From a virus (lineage: Duplodnaviria; Caudoviricetes), in the IMG/VR virus record IMGVR_UViG_3300017913_001781, positions 1 to 64,000 of that record: a DNA stretch of 64,000 nucleotides. One strand, given 5' to 3'. Positions within the stretch are counted from its first letter, which is position 1. Every line of letters starts with the position of its first letter. A model generated the notes under the pieces. That model searched no databases. It was not told where the DNA came from and worked only from the letters and a program-made list of their open reading frames with translations. The position numbers were made by a program, and so were the translations under genes. Shown in pieces: positions 10,197-17,416 of this stretch.

Positions 10197-10213
10197 GTAT
10201 ATTAGAACAGTAA
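10197..10213 (+). promoter_or_regulatory. Putative early promoter (GTATATTAG..GTAA)
   Basis: Same class as 6439, 15912 and 20579. Confidence 0.5.
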
Positions 10214-10237
10214 CATTAATCTTAAAATAAATAGATC

Positions 10238-10546
10238 ATGGACATGGATGATTTTGAATTCGAAAGCTTTATGGATGGCAGTAACTCTGACTTCGAGCGC
10301 AAGGTTGAAGCCTTTCGTGAAGAGATGATGCAAAAAGCAATTGAAGCTAATTATGATGTTATTGCGAATAAAGGCGTTAGTGACTGGCACATTCGTCAAA
10401 TGAATGACATTGAACGGGCAGATCTTAAGATGACTCTTGAGAAAATGATTGCATATTATGAAGAACTTGAGATGTATGAGCGGTGCGCGTTGTTGGTCAA
10501 ACATCTTCATACTGTAATGGAGTACATTCACGAAGTACACGACTGA
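10238..10546 (+). CDS. Small protein with a UVR (UvrB/C)-like coiled-coil motif
   Basis: MIAYYEELEMYERCALL resembles E.YE.AA.LRD; similar motif in 12882 and 13482. Confidence 0.6.
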   Translation: MDMDDFEFESFMDGSNSDFERKVEAFREEMMQKAIEANYDVIANKGVSDWHIRQMNDIERADLKMTLEKMIAYYEELEMYERCALLVKHLHTVMEYIHEVHD

Positions 10547-10552
10547 TATATA
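10545..10552 (+). promoter_or_regulatory. Putative late promoter GATATATA
   Basis: Recurrent motif, upstream of a short unit with no long ORF. Confidence 0.55.
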
Positions 10553-10556
10553 GAAT

Positions 10557-10630
10557 ATGGAACGTGCTGCAGGTGCTATCTAGCCTGCTCAAAGCCCCCG
10601 TCTTAAAGGGACTCGAAAGAGTCCCTTTTT
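10557..10630 (+). ncRNA. Candidate small RNA or 8-codon micro-ORF transcript
   Basis: Bounded by a late promoter and a terminator. Contains a GCAGG/CCTGC hairpin and ORF MERAAGAI (10557..10583). Confidence 0.35.
10605..10630 (+). terminator. Intrinsic terminator (GAAA loop)
   Basis: AAAGGGACTC-GAAA-GAGTCCCTTT followed by TT. Confidence 0.9.
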
Positions 10631-10633
10631 ATT

Positions 10634-10641
10634 GATATATA
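10634..10641 (+). promoter_or_regulatory. Putative late promoter GATATATA
   Basis: Intergenic, upstream of 10668. Confidence 0.65.
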
Positions 10642-10667
10642 GCTAAAGTAAACAATATCAAATAAAT

Positions 10668-11312
10668 ATGAAGTACTTAAAACTATATGAACAATTTTTA
10701 ACGAGTGATGCTGAACAAATAAATGAGGCAGCAGATCCAGTTAAAACTCAAGATAAAGTTAGGTCTTTTTTAGAAAATGAAGGTTATGAAGTTAGCGGAT
10801 CAGGTACTACGTTGGAAGTAAAATTACCTAATCGAACCAAGGTTATACCTCCTAAAATGCAAAAAGCTATCAATAAGATTATTAAGCTAGCAAAAAATGG
10901 AGATATGATGGCGGTTAAGACAAATGTTGGTTATTACATGGGTAATTCGGTTAGATTTATATTTTCGGTTAATCAAACCAACATAAGAAAGGCATATCAC
11001 GTTGCTGCTGCAGCTGATGTCGAATCTATCTTAGCAAATGGTTTAGAGCCTAGAAATGCAGCGGCTCACTCAGATCAATTTGGTTCTTCAGCCGGCGATT
11101 CAGATACTACACAAACTTATAAAGCTGCATTCGTAGTTGGCTCTAAGCGAGGCGTTAAAATGGTGCAGGACTTATTTGCCATAAAAGATCCAGTTGTATT
11201 AGAAATCGATCCTAAAGGGTTAAACTTCTTTGAAGATCCTCTAATGAGACCTGAAGCAAAATCAGCAGTAACTTACGAAACAATTCCAGCTGATAGAATT
11301 AAGCGAGCTTAA
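10668..11312 (+). CDS. Putative ADP-ribosyltransferase-fold protein (Tpt1/KptA-related) with capsid-targeting-like leader
   Basis: YHV...VESILANGLEP, AFV, VVLEID and IPADRI follow the ART-fold pattern. N-terminus MKYLKLYEQFL...INE. Confidence 0.5.
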   Translation: MKYLKLYEQFLTSDAEQINEAADPVKTQDKVRSFLENEGYEVSGSGTTLEVKLPNRTKVIPPKMQKAINKIIKLAKNGDMMAVKTNVGYYMGNSVRFIFSVNQTNIRKAYHVAAAADVESILANGLEPRNAAAHSDQFGSSAGDSDTTQTYKAAFVVGSKRGVKMVQDLFAIKDPVVLEIDPKGLNFFEDPLMRPEAKSAVTYETIPADRIKRA

Positions 11313-11881
11313 TGAAATACATTAAACTATATGAAGAGTTTGTCTTGCAAGAATTAGAAGACGAATATAACATCGAGTTGGACTTATATGACAATGGTGA
11401 TTATATGACTCTGAGTAAGCTCGTGGTATCTCCGGATGATAGAAAAGGAGGAGTCGGCACTGAAGTTATGAATAAGATTTGTCAATATGCTGATGAAATT
11501 GGCCGTGACATTTACTTAACGCCCGATACTTCATACGGCGGTACTTCTAAATCTAGACTTGAACAATTCTATAAGCGATTTGATTTTAAGAAAAAACCAA
11601 GATCGGATTATAAGAATCGTGAAACCATGGTTAGGTATAACGAAGAGGTTGATAGAGTAGACTTAAAGGATGAGGATGAAAGACTAATTAACATTCGTCA
11701 TTTTCATGGATCTGTCCAAGATTTAGATGATTGGTTGCGTGATAAAATTGGAGAAACAAATCCATATAAAGACACTATAATGGTAAATGGACCTCATAAA
11801 GGTCAAAAGGATAAGTCATTACCATATCAAGACTTTCAAAACGGAGAGTCTGATCTAATACGAAACCGATATGCAAGATAA
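11312..11881 (+). CDS. GNAT acetyltransferase with capsid-targeting-like leader
   Basis: LVVSPDDRKGGVGT acetyl-CoA motif A and LEQFYKRFDF motif B. N-terminus MKYIKLYEEF. Confidence 0.75.
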   Translation: MKYIKLYEEFVLQELEDEYNIELDLYDNGDYMTLSKLVVSPDDRKGGVGTEVMNKICQYADEIGRDIYLTPDTSYGGTSKSRLEQFYKRFDFKKKPRSDYKNRETMVRYNEEVDRVDLKDEDERLINIRHFHGSVQDLDDWLRDKIGETNPYKDTIMVNGPHKGQKDKSLPYQDFQNGESDLIRNRYAR

Positions 11882-12074
11882 ATTACTTAAAGACGTACTA
11901 ACACAATTAACTAGAATTGCAGACGCTCTTGAAAAGAAGAATCGTTTAGAAGAAAAAAGAAGCAAGACTCAAGATAAACTTGATAAGCTAGATGAAAAAC
12001 TAAAGAAAGGTCAGATTGCTAAAGTAGTGTCAGCCAATAGAGTTAAATCCATCAAGCCAAATCTAGATCAATGA
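11871..12074 (+). CDS. Hypothetical basic coiled-coil protein
   Basis: Overlaps its neighbours in operon fashion. Confidence 0.55.
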   Translation: MQDKLLKDVLTQLTRIADALEKKNRLEEKRSKTQDKLDKLDEKLKKGQIAKVVSANRVKSIKPNLDQ

Positions 12075-12895
12075 GTCATTACGATACATTAGGAGTAGAT
12101 AAGACCGCAACACAGGACCAAATTAAGAAGGCTTATCGTAAGCTTAGTATGAAACATCACCCTGACAAAAACGGTGGCGATGATACTAAGTTTAAAGAAA
12201 TTAATGAAGCTTATGAAACCCTAAGCGATGCCAATAAAAGAAAGGCATACGATATGGGAGGTAGTAATCCATTTGGCAGTGCAGGTCAACAGTATGGACA
12301 TAATCCATTTCAAGGATTTGATAATATGTCAGATATGTTCAATAACATATTTGGCGGTGGATTTGGTAGGCAACAAGCCAAAGGGCCTGACTATAGAGTC
12401 GAAATGCATATCTCATTTGAAGAAGCGTTTAGAGGTACAAGCAAATCTGTTAATATAAACGGAGAAACGGTTCGTATAAACCTAAAACCTGGAACGAGAA
12501 ACGGTCAAAAGCTTAGAGTTCAGGGTAAAGGTGCTCCGCATCAATTTAACTCTAATTTGCCAAAAGGAGATCTTATAATTAATATTCATGTTATACAAGA
12601 CGGTCGATTTATCCTACAGGGCGATGATTTATGGATTGACTTATACTTATCGTGGTGGGATTTGGCCTTAGGCAAAACCGTTTTAGTTGATTCCATGGAT
12701 GGCCCAATTTCAGTTAAAGTTCCAGCTGGAAGTTCTTCTGACAAGACGCTTAGAGTAAAAGATAAAGGTTTTCCGATATATAATTCAACACGTCGCGGTT
12801 CTTTGATGTGTAAGTTGAGAGCAACATTTCCTGAAATCAACGACCAACAAAGATCGCTACTTGAAAAAATCAGAGACCTCAATGGGATACGATGA
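12071..12895 (+). CDS. dnaJ: Class B J-domain co-chaperone (DnaJ/CbpA-like, no Zn finger)
   Basis: [21 protein letters not shown] domain, G/F-rich linker, DnaJ C-terminal domain ([16 protein letters not shown]). Confidence 0.92.
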   Translation: MSHYDTLGVDKTATQDQIKKAYRKLSMKHHPDKNGGDDTKFKEINEAYETLSDANKRKAYDMGGSNPFGSAGQQYGHNPFQGFDNMSDMFNNIFGGGFGRQQAKGPDYRVEMHISFEEAFRGTSKSVNINGETVRINLKPGTRNGQKLRVQGKGAPHQFNSNLPKGDLIINIHVIQDGRFILQGDDLWIDLYLSWWDLALGKTVLVDSMDGPISVKVPAGSSSDKTLRVKDKGFPIYNSTRRGSLMCKLRATFPEINDQQRSLLEKIRDLNGIR

Positions 12896-13145
12896 CATAT
12901 TCAATGATGAAGGAATAAACTCTCTTAGCTTTGAGATGAGCAAGCTAATGAATGAGGATTATTTCTATAATATCGTTTATGAGGCAGTTATGAGTCATCC
13001 TTCATACGTTATCGTAGCTAATGGTAATGAAGAAAGAAAACTAAATGTTATAGGTAATATGATTACTTTTTTTGAGGAGAAGGAAGATTACGAAAAATGT
13101 TACGATCTGCTTCAGATCAAAAAGGAGATACAGGAAAGATGCTAA
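12882..13145 (+). CDS. Small protein with a UVR-like motif
   Basis: [27 protein letters not shown] 12882 preferred over TTG 12861. Confidence 0.6.
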   Translation: MGYDDIFNDEGINSLSFEMSKLMNEDYFYNIVYEAVMSHPSYVIVANGNEERKLNVIGNMITFFEEKEDYEKCYDLLQIKKEIQERC

Positions 13146-13336
13146 GAGTAAACGTTACTAAGAAGGGTGGAATAGAAAAAGCTTTAAAGCAATACAAGTC
13201 TAAGACTATTAAGACTAGACAAATGAGAGCTTTGCGAGACTTAGAACAATATGAGAAGCCTTCTACCAAGAGACGTAAAAAGAATAAAAAGGCTAAATAC
13301 GTTCAGCAAAAATTCGGTGATATCGTTAAAGATTAA
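13139..13336 (+). CDS. rpsU: Ribosomal protein bS21
   Basis: From ATG 13139: [22 protein letters not shown]...YEKPSTKRRK, the bS21 pattern of the Bacteroidota type. Confidence 0.85.
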   Translation: MLRVNVTKKGGIEKALKQYKSKTIKTRQMRALRDLEQYEKPSTKRRKKNKKAKYVQQKFGDIVKD

Positions 13337-13481
13337 TCACATACTACCTGATTGCGGGTTAATTATTATTACAGAAATATTATAATCTTTTTACCTAAGC
13401 GGTAAGCCGCCAAATAGTGTTATGTAAAATATATACTATATGACGGGGACAATGAGTTCCTTTAAAAACACTAGATAGAAA

Positions 13482-13742
13482 ATGAGCGACTTATCAAACA
13501 GCACTGATCGAGACAGTTTAATGAGATCTTCGTATTATCAAATCACGAGGAACTTTACTAAGACTGTTAATCGATTCATAGTGTTTAAGGATGATGACAG
13601 ATTGATTGAGATACCTCATGGTATTGGTCAGCGTTCAAAGTTTATCGACTTAATGGTTAAGTATTTCGAAGCCTTGGAAGAGTATGAGAAGTGTGACAAG
13701 TTGATGAAACTAAAAGAACTCGTTATAATGGCGGGTGATTAA
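13482..13742 (+). CDS. Small protein with a UVR-like motif
   Basis: MVKYFEALEEYEKCDKLMKLKELV. Confidence 0.6.
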   Translation: MSDLSNSTDRDSLMRSSYYQITRNFTKTVNRFIVFKDDDRLIEIPHGIGQRSKFIDLMVKYFEALEEYEKCDKLMKLKELVIMAGD

Positions 13743-13756
13743 AAATACTAAACTAA

Positions 13757-14452
13757 ATGGCAGGAGCCTCTAATAAATCAGTAACAGCTGCGGCTATAAA
13801 AACACATTTAAAGCAAGTTCAGCTGCGACAATCTCAAAGAAAATATTTAAATACAATACTAAATAATGATATAACGTTTTGCTATGGTCCAGCAGGTACA
13901 TCTAAAACATTCACTGCATGTTACACTGCACTACAACTACTAAGCGAAAAAGAAATTAAGAGAGTAATACTGTGTAAGCCCATTCAAGAGGCTGGCGAAA
14001 AACTAGGTCATTTACCGGGCGATATTAAAGAAAAAACTGACCCATACGTAAAATCATATGTCTCAAATATAGAAAAAATCGTAGGCGTAGAAAAAGCTAA
14101 AGCATTGTTTGAAAAGAATATCATTAAGTTCGAACCCTTGGCATATATGAGGGGTGATACATTCGATGACGCGTTGATGATTCTCGACGAAGCACAAAAT
14201 GCAACCTTTAAACAGCTTATGCTTTTTGTAACTAGAATGGGCCAAAGCTCTAAAGTTGTAGTTACTGGCGATGTAAGCCAGCATGATATAGCCTTGTCTC
14301 AAGTCAGTTTACCTGATTTTATTAATTTAGTTAAAGGAGTTAAAGGCGTAGGAGAACACATCTTTACCAATGAAGACATCGTAAGAGCTAAGATACTTCA
14401 AGAAATTGTAGCAAGATACGACAAATGGAAAGCACAGAGTCAACGAAAATAA
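13757..14452 (+). CDS. phoH: PhoH-family ATPase
   Basis: GPAGTSKT, EAGEKLGHLPG, PLAYMRGDTF, LDEAQN, VTGDVSQHD. Confidence 0.93.
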   Translation: MAGASNKSVTAAAIKTHLKQVQLRQSQRKYLNTILNNDITFCYGPAGTSKTFTACYTALQLLSEKEIKRVILCKPIQEAGEKLGHLPGDIKEKTDPYVKSYVSNIEKIVGVEKAKALFEKNIIKFEPLAYMRGDTFDDALMILDEAQNATFKQLMLFVTRMGQSSKVVVTGDVSQHDIALSQVSLPDFINLVKGVKGVGEHIFTNEDIVRAKILQEIVARYDKWKAQSQRK

Positions 14453-14871
14453 CTATTCGCAAAGCATTATGGGAAGATCATGAGGCCATATCAATTATTT
14501 TAACTGAAGCCTTTGATGTTAAAGCTGGATCTAATAGAAGATGGTGGAATATTATTTCTGATAGTTCGGCCTTTCCTTACGTTGTTGAAATAAACGGTGA
14601 AATCAAAGGAACCGCTACTCTTTATATTTTAGAAAAGCTTATTCATTCTGGCGGTAAAGTTGGTTTGATAGAAGACGTCGCAGTTTCGCCTTCGGCTCGA
14701 GGTTTAGGTTTAGGTAAAATGTTAATGGATACATTGGTTGAATTGGCTAATAAGCAAGGTTGTTATAAAGTAAACTTATCTTGTGCTGAGCATAATGTTC
14801 TATTTTATGAAAAGTGTGATTTTTATAGACATGAAATTACTATGAGAAAAGACTTAAGGTCTAATAAGTAA
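14425..14871 (+). CDS. GNAT, glucosamine-6-phosphate N-acetyltransferase (GNA1)-like
   Basis: EKLIHSGGKVGLIEDVAV..RGLGLGK..GCYKVNLSC..NVLFYEKC closely follows the GNA1 pattern. Confidence 0.75.
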   Translation: MESTESTKITIRKALWEDHEAISIILTEAFDVKAGSNRRWWNIISDSSAFPYVVEINGEIKGTATLYILEKLIHSGGKVGLIEDVAVSPSARGLGLGKMLMDTLVELANKQGCYKVNLSCAEHNVLFYEKCDFYRHEITMRKDLRSNK

Positions 14872-14895
14872 ACTTTTACTTAAATATTCATATAA
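14870..14895 (+). promoter_or_regulatory. Putative promoter AAAC-N17-TATAA
   Basis: Intergenic, upstream of rnhB. Confidence 0.55.
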
Positions 14896-14909
14896 GTCAA
14901 AAGATTTAT

Positions 14910-15536
14910 ATGAAACATATTCTTCTCAAATCAAGTTACAATAACGATCACATGTTAATTGAGATTGGCTTAGATGAAGCTGGCCGAGGGGCGCTTGCTG
15001 GTCCAGTAACTGTTGCAGCTTGTATTATGCCATTTGGCTTCCAACATGAGTTAATTAAAGATTCTAAACTTCTTAACGAAGCTGAACGTAATGCTGCACT
15101 AAAATTGGTTAAAGACAATGCTATTGCCTACTCGGTACAACATGTTGACGTTGATTTTATCGAAGAGCAAAATATTTTAAAGGCTACTTTGGAAGGTATG
15201 CGACGTTGTTTAGAAGAGGTAAAGCAAACGCATAAGTTTGATTTTATCTTAGTTGACGGAGATAGATTCCACGGATATGATGGAATTCCATTCGAAACAG
15301 TTATAGGAGGAGATAATAAATATGTTTCTATAGCAGCTGCCTCTATTCTAGCTAAAACATCAAGAGATGAACTTATGAAAGGCCTAAATGAAGATTATCC
15401 TGTTTATGGTTGGGGATCTAACAAGGGATACGGTTCAGCACAGCATCGAAGCGCAATTAACGAACATGGTCCAACAAATCACCATCGCCACTCTTTTATT
15501 TCACATATGTTAACTAAAACCGAAAGCCTGTTTTAA
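14910..15536 (+). CDS. rnhB: Ribonuclease HII
   Basis: GLDEAGRGALAGPV, DSK, LVDG, SIAAASILAK, NKGYG, HRHSF. Confidence 0.95.
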   Translation: MKHILLKSSYNNDHMLIEIGLDEAGRGALAGPVTVAACIMPFGFQHELIKDSKLLNEAERNAALKLVKDNAIAYSVQHVDVDFIEEQNILKATLEGMRRCLEEVKQTHKFDFILVDGDRFHGYDGIPFETVIGGDNKYVSIAAASILAKTSRDELMKGLNEDYPVYGWGSNKGYGSAQHRSAINEHGPTNHHRHSFISHMLTKTESLF

Positions 15537-15877
15537 TGTATTTATTTTACGCGTTTGCCCTTTTCTTTTTGGGCCAATCCTTAATTTGGATTCAAACTAA
15601 TGGTCAATTTATTTGGCCTTGGTTTAAGAAAAATCCTCTTATTTTATCAGTTTGTGGAGGTACTATTATTAGCTATCTTTTCATTAAAGCTACGGCATAT
15701 GCGGTCGAGCATTTTAATGGTCTCCTTTGGCCTGGCAGATTTATTGGCTTTGCAAGCGGCATGCTTGTTTTTGCAGGCTTTACATGGTATTTTATGGGTG
15801 AAGCGATTACGCCAAAAACAGCTATCTCGCTTATGCTCGCTACTGTCTTAATTTATATTCAACTTTTTTGGAAATAA
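15536..15877 (+). CDS. Small multi-pass membrane protein (DMT/EamA-like)
   Basis: About four hydrophobic segments; GE.IT..T motif before the last helix. Confidence 0.55.
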   Translation: MYLFYAFALFFLGQSLIWIQTNGQFIWPWFKKNPLILSVCGGTIISYLFIKATAYAVEHFNGLLWPGRFIGFASGMLVFAGFTWYFMGEAITPKTAISLMLATVLIYIQLFWK

Positions 15878-15911
15878 TTTAATCTATATTTTCCAGTTTA
15901 ATTTTTTTGTG

Positions 15912-15927
15912 GTATATTTACCTGTAA
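15912..15927 (+). promoter_or_regulatory. Putative early promoter (GTATATTTA..GTAA)
   Basis: Same class as 6439, 10197 and 20579. Confidence 0.55.
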
Positions 15928-15943
15928 CTATAAATTAATCAAC

Positions 15944-16165
15944 ATGAAAGAAACTCTAGAACCCGTTGTCCTCTTTTTTGCAGCTGCTTTCGTAGCAGTA
16001 ATTTTGGCTATAATTCTTGCTTGGCCAACGCAGCTTTTATGGAACGGATGTTTGGTTCCAGCCATTGACGGAATCAATGAGATTACGCTTCTTCAAGCGC
16101 TAGGAATTAATTTCCTTTTTTCTATCTTGTTCAAAGACTCTAATACTTCAAAGGGCAATGACTAA
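15944..16165 (+). CDS. Small membrane protein
   Basis: Two hydrophobic segments, LLWN...ITLLQALG. Confidence 0.65.
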   Translation: MKETLEPVVLFFAAAFVAVILAIILAWPTQLLWNGCLVPAIDGINEITLLQALGINFLFSILFKDSNTSKGND

Positions 16166-16607
16166 GCAAATCGTTTATGTAGACATGGATGGAGTGCTCG
16201 TAGATTTGGGCTCAGCCATCGAGGAACTCGATCCTCAAGTTCGAGCAGCTTATGGAGATAACGTGGATGAAGTACCACATCTTTTCTCTGATCCTAAGCC
16301 TATTGAAGGTGCCATTGAAGCTTTTAAGAAATTAAGCAAAGTATACGATGTATACATTCTATCGACTGCTCCTTGGGGAAATACAAGCGCATGGGGAGAT
16401 AAAAAGAATTGGGTTGAAAAGCACATTGGCAAAACTGCATATAAAAGACTTATTCTTTCTCACAACAAACATCTTTGCGTAGGCGACTACCTTATTGATG
16501 ATCGTAGAGCAAACGGAGCAGGCAAATTTAACGGTGAATTGATTCAATTCGGTACTAAAAAGTTTGAAGACTGGAATAAAGTGTTGGAATACCTTAACGT
16601 TCAATGA
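16158..16607 (+). CDS. 5'(3')-deoxyribonucleotidase (NT5C, HAD)
   Basis: YVDMDGVLVD, ILSTAPW, KKNWV, GDYLIDDR. Confidence 0.88.
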   Translation: MTKQIVYVDMDGVLVDLGSAIEELDPQVRAAYGDNVDEVPHLFSDPKPIEGAIEAFKKLSKVYDVYILSTAPWGNTSAWGDKKNWVEKHIGKTAYKRLILSHNKHLCVGDYLIDDRRANGAGKFNGELIQFGTKKFEDWNKVLEYLNVQ

Positions 16608-16786
16608 TGGAAGATTTCTTGTATGAGTTTGCCCAAGTTCGAAGAGTTTTTAACTCATGTACAACGCGTGAACAAGTAGAGAACGCAACAAAATGGGCTA
16701 AAAATTGGAGTAAAAGAATGGCTGAGGTTCATCCTACTATTGTTCCAGATTGGCAAGATCTATTTGATCAAATTATTTCAGAATGA
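16604..16786 (+). CDS. Hypothetical protein
   Basis: Translationally coupled short ORF. Confidence 0.55.
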   Translation: MMEDFLYEFAQVRRVFNSCTTREQVENATKWAKNWSKRMAEVHPTIVPDWQDLFDQIISE

Positions 16787-17373
16787 GAGAATTTACATGG
16801 TGGCGTAGGTTCCATAAGGCCAATTATCGTTTGCCTAAACAATATCTTTATAAGGGAGCATCTGAGCTACTACAACGTATAGAGTTTGGTGAGTTTGAGT
16901 ATTGTCACTTGGCTATGGAAGAAAAGCTAGAGGACAAGATATACGCCCGTAAGATTGAAGAGTTTAAAGCTGGTAAGCCATGGCTTAATGACGATAACAT
17001 GGAAGATCAAATTAGAGATATGCGTAAGCAACATAATAAGCGCAAGACTTTAATTATGAAAAACCATATGGAAAAAGAAAATAAGATTCTTGTTGAACTT
17101 CGTAATCTCCTTGCCTCTGAATTTGATTTGCATAAAGACCAAGTTCAAGATATTATGGAAAACTTTGACGGCACCACTCGCGAGCTTTACTACAAAGTTA
17201 AATGGACCGCTGAAGGCAAAGAATATTCACAAGAACAAGTCGATAAGCAACAGCGTTTAATCAATGAGCAACCTCGGCATATTCTTAAGCCAAAAGAAAG
17301 AAAGTATATTGATTTGTGGATGGAGGTTATCAAAGAGTTTAATCTTTATGAGAGATTAAATTGGAATATTTGA
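16783..17373 (+). CDS. Hypothetical protein
   Basis: 196-aa ORF, ATGA overlap with the upstream gene. Confidence 0.7.
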   Translation: MREFTWWRRFHKANYRLPKQYLYKGASELLQRIEFGEFEYCHLAMEEKLEDKIYARKIEEFKAGKPWLNDDNMEDQIRDMRKQHNKRKTLIMKNHMEKENKILVELRNLLASEFDLHKDQVQDIMENFDGTTRELYYKVKWTAEGKEYSQEQVDKQQRLINEQPRHILKPKERKYIDLWMEVIKEFNLYERLNWNI

Positions 17374-17398
17374 AACCTTTCTAGAAGCTAAGGTATAA
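17373..17398 (+). promoter_or_regulatory. Putative promoter AAAC-N17-TATAA
   Basis: Directly upstream of the DUF2828/TROVE-like gene. Confidence 0.55.
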
Positions 17399-17416
17399 AT
17401 CTAAAATCTAAAGAAG

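Noticed and set aside
13337-13481. tRNA or riboswitch in the intergenic region after rpsU
   Set aside because: No cloverleaf or T-loop (GTTCRA) and only weak hairpins; no tRNA genes were recognised anywhere in the window.
7920-15536. Bacterial chromosome or host contamination (dnaK, dnaJ, rpsU, phoH, rnhB)
   Set aside because: These genes are interleaved with phage-type ORFs and share the phage promoter motifs found in the structural cluster; bacterial operon context such as grpE is absent.
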